Origin: Caldisericia bacterium | GTDB taxonomy: Bacteria > Caldisericota > Caldisericia > JAAYUI01 | Length of the DNA: 64,000 bases | Assembly: GCA_963674785.1 (NCBI GenBank) | Contig: OY771555.1 | Location: 992,001 to 1,056,000, forward strand | Direction: 5' to 3' | Part shown: positions 19,955 through 29,918 of the stretch, one piece after another | Layout: each line of letters begins with the position of its first letter | Numbering within the stretch: the first letter of the stretch is position 1 | The notes under the pieces: model-generated | The model's input: the letters and a program-made list of their open reading frames with translations, nothing else | Databases searched by the model: none | Told to the model about the DNA's origin: nothing | Translations under genes and position numbers: made by a program

Positions 19955-20886
19955 TTGGTGATAATTGTTCCTGCAGTTCCAGCAAGTGCTTTGTTTATAT
20001 GGTTTGGGTCAGTGATTATTGCTTTTGTTCCGCCATTGCTCAGGAAATGGATACAGGCTTCGATTTTTGGAAGCATGGAGCCTTTTGCAAAATGACCCTC
20101 TTCCATGTATTTTTTTAGTTCAGATACTGTGACATTTTTCAGAGTTACTTGATCAGGTTTACCAAAGTTCAGACAAACATTTGGAACAGCAGTTGAGATC
20201 AAAAGGATGTCAGCAGAAAGCTCTCCTGCAAGTACGGATGATGCCCTGTCTTTATCTATGACCGCTTCAACCCCCTCGAGTCCTTCTGCAGTTTTTTTAA
20301 CTGGGATTCCACCACCGCCACATGCAATGACAAGTGTGCCTGAAGAAACCAATTGCTTAATTATGTCTTTCTCGATAATCGACTGAGGCCAAGGGGAGGC
20401 GACAACTCTTCTCCATCCTCTTCCCGCATCTTCGACAACCTTCCAGCCGAGTTTGAGTTCACGGTCTTTTGCGGTTTTTTCATCCATGAAACTACCGATT
20501 GGCTTGCTTGGGTCAGCAAATCCTGGGTCTTTTGATGAAACCTCTACCTGTGTGACAATTGAGCAAACTGGAAGTTTGACCCCTCGTTTATCAAGTTCTT
20601 CTGAAAGTGCCTGCTGAAGCTGGTAGCCGATTCCGCCCTGTGTTTCTGCAACTGCGTAATCAAGTACTGTCTCGGGCACTTCAGACTTGGAGAGCTCTGA
20701 CCTTCTCATAATTTGACCAACCTGTGGGCCATTTCCATGAGTGACAACGAGTTTATACCCAGATGCTGCTAGTGCAGAGAGGTGAAAAGAAGTCTCCCAG
20801 ACGGCAGCCCTTTGATTCTCAACCGACATTGGTGATCCTGGTAATAACAATGAATTTCCGCCAACGGCAATTACAATGGTTTCCAT
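19951..20886 (-). CDS. arcC: carbamate kinase
   Basis: AVGGNSL, THGNGPQVG, GGGGIPV, VIDKD, GSMLPKIEA. Confidence 0.95.
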   Translation of the reverse strand: METIVIAVGGNSLLLPGSPMSVENQRAAVWETSFHLSALAASGYKLVVTHGNGPQVGQIMRRSELSKSEVPETVLDYAVAETQGGIGYQLQQALSEELDKRGVKLPVCSIVTQVEVSSKDPGFADPSKPIGSFMDEKTAKDRELKLGWKVVEDAGRGWRRVVASPWPQSIIEKDIIKQLVSSGTLVIACGGGGIPVKKTAEGLEGVEAVIDKDRASSVLAGELSADILLISTAVPNVCLNFGKPDQVTLKNVTVSELKKYMEEGHFAKGSMLPKIEACIHFLSNGGTKAIITDPNHINKALAGTAGTIITK

Positions 20887-20893
20887 CTATCCG

Positions 20894-20921
20894 ATTCTAA
20901 TGACAGATAAGCCCTTCTCAA
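20894..20921 (-). promoter_or_regulatory. sigma70 promoter, probably leaderless, for arcC
   Basis: minus strand TTGAGA-16-TAGAAT-7nt-ATG, no SD. Confidence 0.55.
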
Positions 20922-21062
20922 GGAAAAAATGATGACCCTTTTTTCAATTTGGATGATTTGAGAAAATGCAATGCAAATGCTATTGAATTGAAACATCTAA
21001 AAGATACAATACCCGTGAAATCTAAAGAATTGGAACTAATTTACACCTTAAGGAGGTTTTCG

Positions 21063-21941
21063 GTGGATAAAGAATATACTGTAAAAAGAGGATTGGCTGA
21101 CATGCTCAAGGGTGGAGTTATTATGGATGTTGTAACTCCAGACCAGGCAAAGATCGCAGAAGACGCAGGTGCAGTTGCAGTCATGGCACTTGAGAGAGTT
21201 CCAGCAGACATCAGAAAAGATGGAGGAGTTGCAAGAATGTCAGACCCTGATATGGTGCTTTCCATCATGGAGTCAGTAAGCATCCCCGTCATGGCAAAAT
21301 GTCGTATTGGTCACACACTTGAAGCTAGAATCCTTGAACAGATTGGAATCGATTACATCGATGAATCCGAGGTTTTAACCCCTGCTGATGAAGAATATCA
21401 TGTTGACAAATGGGCATACAAAGTTCCATTTGTTTGTGGATGCAGAAACCTTGGAGAAGCACTCCGAAGAATTGGTGAGGGTGCTGCAATGATCCGAACC
21501 AAGGGTGAAGCAGGAACTGGAAATGTTGTTGAGGCTGTCCGTCACCAGAGAAAAGTCATGCGTGACATCAGAAGAGTGCAGTCAGCAGATGATGATGAGC
21601 TTGTAACAATTGCAAAAGAAATTGGTGCCCCTGTTGAGCTTCTTCGAATCGTCAAAAAAGAGGGAAGACTTCCGGTTGTAAACTTTGCAGCAGGCGGAGT
21701 CGCAACTCCAGCTGATGCAGCTCTCATGATGCATCTAGGTTCAGATGGTGTCTTTGTAGGTTCAGGAATCTTCAAGTCTGGTGATCCTGCAAAAAGAGCA
21801 AAAGCGATTGTAAAAGCAGTTGCCCACTGGCAAGAACCAGAGGTGCTTGTTGAAGTATCAAAAAATCTTGGCGAGGCAATGGTAGGAATCAACATCTCAA
21901 CTCTTCCCGATGAAGAAAAAATGGCGGGTAGAGGTTGGTAA
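21063..21941 (+). CDS. pdxS: pyridoxal 5'-phosphate synthase lyase subunit
   Basis: AGGAGG then GTG at 21063; [31 protein letters not shown]. Confidence 0.97.
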   Translation: MDKEYTVKRGLADMLKGGVIMDVVTPDQAKIAEDAGAVAVMALERVPADIRKDGGVARMSDPDMVLSIMESVSIPVMAKCRIGHTLEARILEQIGIDYIDESEVLTPADEEYHVDKWAYKVPFVCGCRNLGEALRRIGEGAAMIRTKGEAGTGNVVEAVRHQRKVMRDIRRVQSADDDELVTIAKEIGAPVELLRIVKKEGRLPVVNFAAGGVATPADAALMMHLGSDGVFVGSGIFKSGDPAKRAKAIVKAVAHWQEPEVLVEVSKNLGEAMVGINISTLPDEEKMAGRGW

Positions 21942-22498
21942 AAGTCGGTATCTTTGCCTTGCAGGGTGATGTTTCTGAACATGCAAATATGGTCAAACGT
22001 CTTGGTTATGAGGTGGTGTATGTCAGAAATCCTGAGGACATGAATTCAGTTGAAAGATTCATTATCCCGGGTGGAGAGTCAACCGTTTTTGCAAAGCTTT
22101 CAGCTCAAAATGGGCTTGATGCAGAAATCATAAATCGAGTAAAAAGTGGGATGCCGGTTTTTGGAACATGTGCCGGCATGATACTTTTATCAAGTGGAGT
22201 TGAGCAGTATCCAAACCAGCCAACCTGGAATCTCATGAATATCAAAGTCAGAAGAAATGCCTATGGAAGACAACTTCAATCTGAGATCACAGATATTCAA
22301 GTTGAGGATATTGGTGTGATGAGTGTGGCATTTATTAGGGCGCCAATAATTACTGAAGCCGGGGAAAATGTGAAAATACTTGCTTATGATGATAAAAGCA
22401 ATATTATTTTAGCAAGGGAAAAAAATATCCTTGCTGGAGCGTTTCACCCAGAGATAACTGGTGATACTAGACTCCACGAATATTTCATGAAGATGTAA
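21935..22498 (+). CDS. pdxT: PLP synthase glutaminase subunit
   Basis: ALQGD, PGGEST, GTCAG, FIRAP, FHPE. Confidence 0.96.
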   Translation: MVKVGIFALQGDVSEHANMVKRLGYEVVYVRNPEDMNSVERFIIPGGESTVFAKLSAQNGLDAEIINRVKSGMPVFGTCAGMILLSSGVEQYPNQPTWNLMNIKVRRNAYGRQLQSEITDIQVEDIGVMSVAFIRAPIITEAGENVKILAYDDKSNIILAREKNILAGAFHPEITGDTRLHEYFMKM

Positions 22499-22515
22499 GG
22501 TTTGAAAGGAATGAT

Positions 22516-23280
22516 ATGTCAGGACATAGTAAGTGGCACAATATTCAAGCAAAGAAGTCAGTAACTGATGCAAAGCGCGGAAAGATTTTTACAAAACTCG
22601 CAAGAGAGATAATTGTTGCAGCAAAAGAGGGTGGTGGTGACCCTACAAGCAACTTCAGACTAAGAGCAGCACTAGATAAAGCAAATGCTGCATCAATGCC
22701 AAAGGCAAATATTCAAAAAGCAATCAAGCGTGGTACTGGCGAAATTGAAGGCGCATCATATGATGATGTTTTATATGAAGGATATGGCCCAGGTGGAACT
22801 GCAGTAATCATTGAGGGTTCAACTGACAATCGTAATCGTACTGTTGCTGAACTCAAAAAAATCTTCACAAAAAATGATGGCTCAATGGGCGAGCAAGGCT
22901 GTGTTTCATGGAATTTCACAAAACGTGGAGAGCTTCAAGTGACATCTGAGGGAAAAGACCTCGATGAACTCTTCATGGTTGCAGCAGATGCTGGTGCGGA
23001 AGATGTAATCGATGAAGAGGAGTACTTCCTTGTTGTCACACCCCCAGACAAGCTTCATGCAGTATCTGAGGTTGTCAAAGAAAATGGGTATGAAATCAAG
23101 TCAGCAGAACTTGTCTATACTCCAAATAGCACAGTCAAAGTTGAAGGAAAAGACGCTGAAAAGGTACTCAAACTTCAAGATGCACTCGACGACCATGATG
23201 ATGTTGCAAATGTTTATTCCAATTTCGAGATGACCGAAGAGGAAATGGAACGTATTGCGAACATCCCTCCAATGATGTAG
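22516..23280 (+). CDS. yebC: YebC/PmpR family protein
   Basis: MSGHSKWHNI, YEGYGPGG, TDNRNRT. Confidence 0.96.
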   Translation: MSGHSKWHNIQAKKSVTDAKRGKIFTKLAREIIVAAKEGGGDPTSNFRLRAALDKANAASMPKANIQKAIKRGTGEIEGASYDDVLYEGYGPGGTAVIIEGSTDNRNRTVAELKKIFTKNDGSMGEQGCVSWNFTKRGELQVTSEGKDLDELFMVAADAGAEDVIDEEEYFLVVTPPDKLHAVSEVVKENGYEIKSAELVYTPNSTVKVEGKDAEKVLKLQDALDDHDDVANVYSNFEMTEEEMERIANIPPMM

Positions 23281-23286
23281 AGGGGC

Positions 23287-23757
23287 ATGAGAGTACTAGC
23301 ATTCGACCCTGGTATTGCTAGGGTCGGATATGCAATAGTTGATGGTGACTGTGACTCTCAGGAGATGGTTGAATGTGGTCTCATTGAAACTGAGGCAAAA
23401 ACACCATTCCCCGAGAGGTTATGCCGGATTCATCAAGATGCTCTTGATATTGCAGATGAGTTTTCGCCAGACCTTGTTGCTGTTGAGAAGCTCTTTTTTT
23501 CAAAAAACACAAAAACAGCCATGGATGTTGCGCACGCCCGAGGTGTGCTGCTCATGGTTTCTTATCACAGAAATATCCCCATCTTTGAGTATTCACCTGC
23601 TGAAATAAAAGTTGCTGTTACAGGCTCAGGTTCCGCCGATAAATATCAAGTCGGTGAGATGGTCAAGATGCTCCTAAAACTCCAAGCGGTGCCAAAACCT
23701 GATGATGTTGCTGATGCGGTTGCGTTGGGGTTGTGTCATTTGTTTAGCGTGAAGTAG
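23287..23757 (+). CDS. ruvC: Holliday junction resolvase
   Basis: LAFDPG, AVEKLFF, GSADKYQV, DDVADA. Confidence 0.96.
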   Translation: MRVLAFDPGIARVGYAIVDGDCDSQEMVECGLIETEAKTPFPERLCRIHQDALDIADEFSPDLVAVEKLFFSKNTKTAMDVAHARGVLLMVSYHRNIPIFEYSPAEIKVAVTGSGSADKYQVGEMVKMLLKLQAVPKPDDVADAVALGLCHLFSVK

Positions 23758-23790
23758 ACTCCAATCTACGATTCCCCTGCTTCCCCCCAG

Positions 23791-23937
23791 ATTCTCCTGC
23801 GAAAGCAGGAGTCCAGGGTTACTTTTGAATCCTGAATCTTTTTATTTGACAATTTTTGATGAGAGAGGGGCTATCTCATCAGGCAAAAATAAAGGAGCAT
23901 TTCTTTGCCCTGGATTCCGTGTCAAGCACGGAATGAC
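23791..23937. repeat. REPIN-like element: two inverted REP-like palindromes flanking an internal hairpin
   Basis: CTCCTGC-GAAA-GCAGGAG-TCCAGGG (23794-23818) and CCCTGG-ATTCCGTG-TCAAG-CACGGAAT-GAC (23908-23937); internal GATGAGA...TCTCATC. Confidence 0.7.
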
Positions 23938-23946
23938 GAGGGACAG

Positions 23947-24013
23947 GCCGAAGCCTGACGATGTTGCAGATGTGGTTGCATTGGGGTTGTGTCATTTGTT
24001 TTCAGTTAGATAA
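23947..24013 (+). pseudogene. second, diverged copy of the ruvC 3' end (21 codons + stop)
   Basis: PKPDDVADVVALGLCHLFSVR* vs PKPDDVADAVALGLCHLFSVK* at 23691-23757; 54/67 nt identical by manual alignment. Confidence 0.9.
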
Positions 24014-24131
24014 CACTTCTTTATTCCAAACTGTGATTATTCCTAGTTCCATTTTGTGGGATTTCGGAAGAATGTCACCGACTCCGATCAGGGATACAAG
24101 TTTTTGATCTGGAATCTAGGATTTAGTATTC

Positions 24132-24164
24132 AAAAGGGTGGCAAATCAATGCCACCCTTTTTTT
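24132..24164 (+). terminator. rho-independent terminator
   Basis: AAAAGGGTGGCA...TGCCACCCTTTT followed by T tract. Confidence 0.85.
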
Positions 24165-24184
24165 GATTTCATTTTTCGAGTAAA

Positions 24185-25405
24185 ATGAAGATGGGAATGA
24201 AGATAATTGTAAGCATAATAATTGCCGTGTTAACTCTCTCTGGTGGTTCATATGAGACAGGTGAGATATCTCAGTGGAGCAATCCAAATGCAACCATTTA
24301 TCAAAACAATTGCATAGACTATAAAACAGAGATAAATATTTCAGAATTTGAGGTACTTTGGTCGAAGAAAACTGTTTCCGAGAAACAGAATAGGCTTGTC
24401 AGTAACATTGTCTCAGATGGTGCAAACATATTCTTCAACCAACATGGTAACATTTATTGTGTCAATATCTCTTCGGGTGAATCAGAATGGGTAGCATCAT
24501 ATGGAAAACCAAATTACGATCATTCAATCCGTTTTCCAAAGATGTTTTGTTACGATGAAGCTATATTTTATATAGATGGATATAATGACTTATACAAAAT
24601 ATCAAAAGAAGATGGTTCTCTAATATGGAGTGTTCTTTGCGAGGACTTTGATAATCTCTATAATTTTGGCACTCTGGCAGTTTATGAGAACTATGTCATC
24701 TGTAATGTAGATTATGGTATGATTTGTATCGATAATGATTCTGGAAAAATAAAGTGGAGAAATACAAAAACTGGTAGCTCTTATGGGATTCCGGTTATCT
24801 ATGAAAATAAGGTCATATTTGCAGGCCTATTCTTTCTAGATTGGCTTTCTTTGTCCTCGGGTAAGATTCTCGAAAGTTATGATTTGGATAATGATCCAAG
24901 TTTTACAAATATATCAAAATCACAGCCAAGGATTGGTATTTCAGAGGTCATAATCGATGATAGGTGCGGTTTTCAAATATATGATGCATCTAAGATGAAA
25001 CACATCAATTCAGTAGTTATTGTAGAAGAATGTGATTTCTATGGAAGAGTGCATGTTGCAACAAATGGAGAACATAATGTTTTCTTTAACCCTTTGCTAG
25101 CATGCTACAGTAATGATGGAGAAGTCTTGTGGTCATTTGCTTCTGAAAAAGAATATAAAACTCTTCCATGGACTAACCCTATCATCATTGATGAGAGTGT
25201 GTATATCCTGAAATCCAAACTAATTGATTATAACTTAGGCACATACAAACATAAGCTGTACAAAATCAACCTTCAAACTGGAAATTGGTCTGAGAAGATC
25301 TTGTTTCAAGAGGATATCGGTAGTGTCTCATCGGTTATCTTCTCCTCCGGCAAGTTCTTTGTTGTTGTAGATAATACAATCTACTGTATTGGAGAACCAA
25401 AATAA
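24185..25405 (+). CDS. secreted PQQ-like beta-propeller repeat protein
   Basis: signal-like N-terminus; repeats YCVNISSGESEW, ICIDNDSGKIKW, YCIG. Confidence 0.75.
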   Translation: MKMGMKIIVSIIIAVLTLSGGSYETGEISQWSNPNATIYQNNCIDYKTEINISEFEVLWSKKTVSEKQNRLVSNIVSDGANIFFNQHGNIYCVNISSGESEWVASYGKPNYDHSIRFPKMFCYDEAIFYIDGYNDLYKISKEDGSLIWSVLCEDFDNLYNFGTLAVYENYVICNVDYGMICIDNDSGKIKWRNTKTGSSYGIPVIYENKVIFAGLFFLDWLSLSSGKILESYDLDNDPSFTNISKSQPRIGISEVIIDDRCGFQIYDASKMKHINSVVIVEECDFYGRVHVATNGEHNVFFNPLLACYSNDGEVLWSFASEKEYKTLPWTNPIIIDESVYILKSKLIDYNLGTYKHKLYKINLQTGNWSEKILFQEDIGSVSSVIFSSGKFFVVVDNTIYCIGEPK

Positions 25406-25463
25406 TTATTTCTGATCCATCTTAACTTGCAAAAATTCTTATGTATAATCTACATCATAGCTC

Positions 25464-26741
25464 ATGAAAAAATCATTTTTCCTAATTGATTGCGATTCGT
25501 TCTACGCATCGTGTGAAAAGGTCTTCAGACCAGACATAAAGGACAAACCTGTGGTTGTCCTTAGTAATAATGATGGATTTATAGTTGCAGCAGACAGAAA
25601 AGCAAAAGCCCTTGGAATCAAGACGATTTCTGATCCATACTTCAAGATGGAACCAATCATCAAAAAATTTGGGATTGAGGTTTTTTCTGCAAATTTTGAG
25701 CTTTATGGAGACATGTCAGAACGTGTCATGAAAATACTTGCCAGGTTTTCCCCAGAGATTGAAATATATTCAATCGATGAAGCATTTTTGCTGATGAATC
25801 ATGGCGAAGAACGACTTACAAACATTGGCAGAAAAATCAAAGAATTGGTTTGGAAAAGTGTCGGTATCCCAGTTTCTGTTGGAATTGGCCCAACAAAGAC
25901 GCTTGCAAAAATAGCAAGCAGGTTGGCTAAAAAAAACCCTGGACTTGGTGGAGTTTTTGACATTGGTGAACAAGAGGATATGGATGCATTCCTTAGAAAA
26001 ATCAAGGTTGAAGATATCTGGGGAGTCGGAAGAGCGCACTCAAAGCTTCTTTATGAATGCGGAATAAACACCGCTTATGACTTGAAAAGATTGTCATATA
26101 ATGTTGCAAAAAAACAGATGACAATTGTCGGACTCAAGACCGTAAAAGAGCTTGGAGGAATCCCTTGTTTTGCACTTTCTGACACCCCTCCTCACCAAAA
26201 AAGCATTATGCGCTCAAGGTCTTTTGGTCACCTTGTTGAGACTCTGCCAGCGCTTACCGAGGCTGTCGCATCATATACAACAAGGGCATGTGAAAAACTT
26301 AGAGAGCAACATTCTCTCGCTTGGGTGGTGCACGTTTTCATTGCCACCCACCCACACAAAAAAGAACCACAGTACTCTGGCAAAGAAAGCTTCAAACTCT
26401 CAATGCCAACAGCAGACACCCCAACAATCATCAAAGCAGCCCTTTCTTGTCTTAAAAAAATCTATAGACCAAGATATCGATACCTCAGATGTGGAGTGGT
26501 TCTCACAAATCTGATTCCAGAACATGATGACCCAGGACACCTCTTTAAAACTCCATTCCCAAGTTCCCAGAACAAGGATTTGATGGTTGCAGTTGATAAG
26601 ATAAACAGATACATGGGTACAGATTTTGCGAGGTTTGGCTCAGTTGGGATTGAGAACAAACCCTGGAAAATGAGACAAGCCAGAAGAAGCCAGAGATACT
26701 CAACTCGCTGGGAAGAAATCCCAACAGTTTATGCAAAATAA
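25464..26741 (+). CDS. umuC: Y-family DNA polymerase (UmuC-like)
   Basis: DCDSFYASCE, VVVLSNNDG, YSIDEAF, C-terminal WKMRQARRSQRYSTRW. Confidence 0.93.
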   Translation: MKKSFFLIDCDSFYASCEKVFRPDIKDKPVVVLSNNDGFIVAADRKAKALGIKTISDPYFKMEPIIKKFGIEVFSANFELYGDMSERVMKILARFSPEIEIYSIDEAFLLMNHGEERLTNIGRKIKELVWKSVGIPVSVGIGPTKTLAKIASRLAKKNPGLGGVFDIGEQEDMDAFLRKIKVEDIWGVGRAHSKLLYECGINTAYDLKRLSYNVAKKQMTIVGLKTVKELGGIPCFALSDTPPHQKSIMRSRSFGHLVETLPALTEAVASYTTRACEKLREQHSLAWVVHVFIATHPHKKEPQYSGKESFKLSMPTADTPTIIKAALSCLKKIYRPRYRYLRCGVVLTNLIPEHDDPGHLFKTPFPSSQNKDLMVAVDKINRYMGTDFARFGSVGIENKPWKMRQARRSQRYSTRWEEIPTVYAK

Positions 26742-26762
26742 AAAATCTGTATAATTGATGAT

Positions 26763-27203
26763 ATGACCGAGAAGGAAACAAAAGTCACAAACATTTTTGG
26801 TTTTGAGAAAAAGAAAACCGTTGATCTTCCTTATTATGTTGAGGGGGTAAGGGCTGGTTTTCTTTTCCCAGCCGATGATTTTTCTGAATATAAACTTGAC
26901 CTGAATGAGTATCTAATAAAACATCCATCAGCAACTTTTTTTGTAAAGGTTGAGGGTGAATCAATGGTTGATGCTGGAATCCACACCGGTGATATTCTGA
27001 TTGTTGATCGTTCAATTACACCTGTTGATGGAAAAATTGTGATTGCCGCAGTTGATGGGGAGTTTGTTGTTAAAAGATTGAAACACATTGAAGGAAAACC
27101 CTTCCTTATCTCTGAAAATCCAGATTATAAACCAATCGAGATGGAAGAGGGGATGGAGCTTACAATTTGGGGTGTCGTTAAAAACGTGATTCACGAATTC
27201 TAA
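26763..27203 (+). CDS. umuD: UmuD-like S24 autopeptidase
   Basis: VRAGF cleavage region, LDLNEYLIKHP, GESM, VKRL, IWGVV. Confidence 0.92.
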   Translation: MTEKETKVTNIFGFEKKKTVDLPYYVEGVRAGFLFPADDFSEYKLDLNEYLIKHPSATFFVKVEGESMVDAGIHTGDILIVDRSITPVDGKIVIAAVDGEFVVKRLKHIEGKPFLISENPDYKPIEMEEGMELTIWGVVKNVIHEF

Positions 27204-27283
27204 ACATCAGAGACCATTTTCTTTGATATTTAACGGATTTCGAAATAGAATGAAGGATAAGCCTGAAAGCAGAGGGGGATGTT

Positions 27284-28555
27284 ATGGATTTCAAAAAGGT
27301 CGCTATTTTTGCGTTGAGTTTTGTTATGGTGTTTGGGGTTTTGTATGTTAACCATTCTAACAAGGTATCGGCTGAAGCATCCATTTTCTATGAGATGTGG
27401 ATTGAAGAAAATGAGCTTGAAGTGAGTGAATCAACATTATTATACATATATATTCAATATCTCCCAGATACCGAAGAAGAAATGGAAGTCGAGTGTTACA
27501 TCAAAGAACCGTTTTATGCTAAACTCGAGCTTATTAAAGATTTAAAATGGGTATCGGATGATGGTGCTAAACGTATACAACAAGAGTACAAAATCACAGG
27601 AATGAGCCCCGGGAAAACCGAGCTTATTGTAAATGTTACTGGTGCACAACCACACAAAATGCCAATAACTATTGGACAAATTAAAAAAGTTTCAAAAATC
27701 ACCCTGTCCCCGGAAAGCCCAACTATTTTTGTGGGTGAGGAACTCCAGTTAGAAGCAAAAGCATATGATGAAGAAGGAAATGTGATTCCAAATACTCCGA
27801 TGAAGTGGGAGAATCTTGATCCCGAAATAGCTGAGCTCACTCCAGATGGACTGCTTAGAGCGTTTGAATCCGGGGCATGTAAAATTAAGGCATCACATGG
27901 ATCAGTTGAATCAGAAACAATAGTGACAATTGTCAAAGAGATTCAACCAGCAAAAATCTCTATAAGCACAGACCTGATAGCGTTTCCAGCAGCCAGAAAA
28001 GGCGAAAAGGTAAGCACTTCTAGTGAGATCAAAAACATCGGTGATGAGACTGCCAATGCGGAAATAAAATGCGATGAAGAATGGTTAACTTTTGTGCCTG
28101 AAAAAATCAGTCTCGAACCACAAGAATCAACAATCATTACGTTTACTGCAAACACTGAAAATCTTGAAGCAAACTCGATGGAAAGCGCAAAAATTACATT
28201 TACACTTGGTAATGGAGACGAAACCGTTATTGATGCGATAATTAAGGTTGATCCCAGCTGCTCAATTATTGTCGAACCCGAAGTAATCGATTTTGGAAAA
28301 ATCTCTAAGGGTGGAGAAATCAGCAAAATTCTCAAAATAACACTTCCCGAGGGAACTCACATCTGGATAAGACCAGTCGAATCATGGATTGACATTTCAA
28401 AAATCGAAGGTTCTGAGAATGAATTCATGGTCATGATTGATACATCCAAACTTCCAGATGATATGGAAACATTTGTAGGGTCGTTAAACATCATCCCAAC
28501 CGATATTCTTTGTGATATTGTCAGCGTGAAAGTGATAGGAGAGTTTGGGGATTAA
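27284..28555 (+). CDS. secreted Ig-like (Big_2, BACON-like) domain protein
   Basis: signal peptide; ITLSPESPTIFVGEELQLEAKAYD; DEEWLTFVP. Confidence 0.7.
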   Translation: MDFKKVAIFALSFVMVFGVLYVNHSNKVSAEASIFYEMWIEENELEVSESTLLYIYIQYLPDTEEEMEVECYIKEPFYAKLELIKDLKWVSDDGAKRIQQEYKITGMSPGKTELIVNVTGAQPHKMPITIGQIKKVSKITLSPESPTIFVGEELQLEAKAYDEEGNVIPNTPMKWENLDPEIAELTPDGLLRAFESGACKIKASHGSVESETIVTIVKEIQPAKISISTDLIAFPAARKGEKVSTSSEIKNIGDETANAEIKCDEEWLTFVPEKISLEPQESTIITFTANTENLEANSMESAKITFTLGNGDETVIDAIIKVDPSCSIIVEPEVIDFGKISKGGEISKILKITLPEGTHIWIRPVESWIDISKIEGSENEFMVMIDTSKLPDDMETFVGSLNIIPTDILCDIVSVKVIGEFGD

Positions 28556-28611
28556 AAAAAGGGTGAGAGAGTCTTTAGCTTTTAAAGACAGAAAGCATTC
28601 AGAATCATAAC

Positions 28612-28641
28612 AAAACCCCCGCCATTTCTGGCGGGGGTTTT
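28612..28641. terminator. bidirectional terminator
   Basis: AAAACCCCCGCCA-TTTC-TGGCGGGGGTTTT between convergent genes. Confidence 0.9.
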
Positions 28642-28665
28642 GATTATCTGATTAAGCCCTAAATC

Positions 28666-29820
28666 TTAGAGCACGTCTTTTGCAATATTTGATGCAATGA
28701 CAACTCTCTGAATCTGGTTTGTTCCTTCATATATCTGTGTGATTTTTGCATCACGCATCATTTTTTCAACTGGATATTCCTTCATGTAACCATATCCACC
28801 AAAGATCTGGACAGCATCAGTTGTGACTCTCATTGCAAGGTCAGTGCAGTAGCATTTTGCCATGGATGATTCTTTGCTGTATTTTTTCACTCCACCATCA
28901 ATCATTCTGGCAGTGGAGTAAACAAGAGCTCTTCCTGCCTCGATATCTTTTGCCATGTCGGCAAGCATGAATGCGATTGCCTGGTTATCAAAGATTGGTT
29001 TACCAAACTGGACTCTTTCTTTTGAGTACTTGAGTGCTTCTTCATATGCACCCTGGGCAATTCCAAGTCCCTGTGCTGCAATTCCTGGTCTTGATTTGTC
29101 AAGTGTGCGAAGAGCTGCGTGGATTCCCTGTCCTTCTTTTCCAAGACGGTTTTCAACTGGAACTTTGCAGTCCTGGAAGACGAGTTCTGATGTGACGGAT
29201 GATCTGATACCCATCTTGTTTTCGTCTTTTCCATAACCAAATCCTGGTGTTCCCTTTTCAACAACGAGTGCAACAAGCCCTCTTGTGCCTTTTGATTTGT
29301 CGGTCTGTGCGATTACGGTTGTGATGTCTGCGACCCTTCCGTTTGTGATGAACTGTTTTGTTCCATTAAGGGTGTAGTATTTTCCGTCGTCAGAAAGCAC
29401 TGCTGTTGTCTCAATGTTTGAAGCATCTGAACCTGCATTTGCCTCGGTGAGTGCGAAAGCTGTGAGGTATTCACCAGATGCGGCTTTGGTGAGGAAACGC
29501 TTTTTCTGCTCTTCATTACCCATGATTACGATTGGGAATGAACCAAGTGCGTTTACTGCGTATGAAACAGCAACGCCACCGTCGATTCTTGCAAGCTCTT
29601 CGATGATTGTGCAAAGTTCAAGAACGCCGAGACCAAGCCCATCATATTCCTCTGGAATATATGTTCTCATGAGGTCTGCTCTTGCCATTTCGGCAATGAT
29701 ATCTTTTGGGAATTCTCCCTTTTCGTCGAGTTCACCTCTTACTGGTTTGATTCTCTCTTCGGCAATCTTTCTGGCAAGTTCTTTTACCTGTTTCTGCTGG
29801 TCTGTTAAGAAATAATCCAT
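28666..29820 (-). CDS. acyl-CoA dehydrogenase (butyryl-CoA dehydrogenase-like)
   Basis: FALTEANAGSD, NGTKQFITNG, QIFGGYGYM, IYEGTNQIQR; AAGGAGG RBS. Confidence 0.95.
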   Translation of the reverse strand: MDYFLTDQQKQVKELARKIAEERIKPVRGELDEKGEFPKDIIAEMARADLMRTYIPEEYDGLGLGVLELCTIIEELARIDGGVAVSYAVNALGSFPIVIMGNEEQKKRFLTKAASGEYLTAFALTEANAGSDASNIETTAVLSDDGKYYTLNGTKQFITNGRVADITTVIAQTDKSKGTRGLVALVVEKGTPGFGYGKDENKMGIRSSVTSELVFQDCKVPVENRLGKEGQGIHAALRTLDKSRPGIAAQGLGIAQGAYEEALKYSKERVQFGKPIFDNQAIAFMLADMAKDIEAGRALVYSTARMIDGGVKKYSKESSMAKCYCTDLAMRVTTDAVQIFGGYGYMKEYPVEKMMRDAKITQIYEGTNQIQRVVIASNIAKDVL

Positions 29821-29918
29821 GTTCTTCTTCCTCCTTGTCAAGTACTTTCGACAACTGTATCCTTAAGATGTTACAGTGTCTGGAACAAATTTTGAATAAA
29901 GAAACTATGGAGTATATC

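Noticed and set aside
23825-24013. 62-aa ORF as a real gene
   Set aside because: Made of REPIN sequence read into the duplicated ruvC tail; no RBS
24139-24152. sigma54 -24/-12 promoter (TGGCA...TGC)
   Set aside because: GG-to-GC spacing is 9 rather than 10, and it lies in a terminator stem
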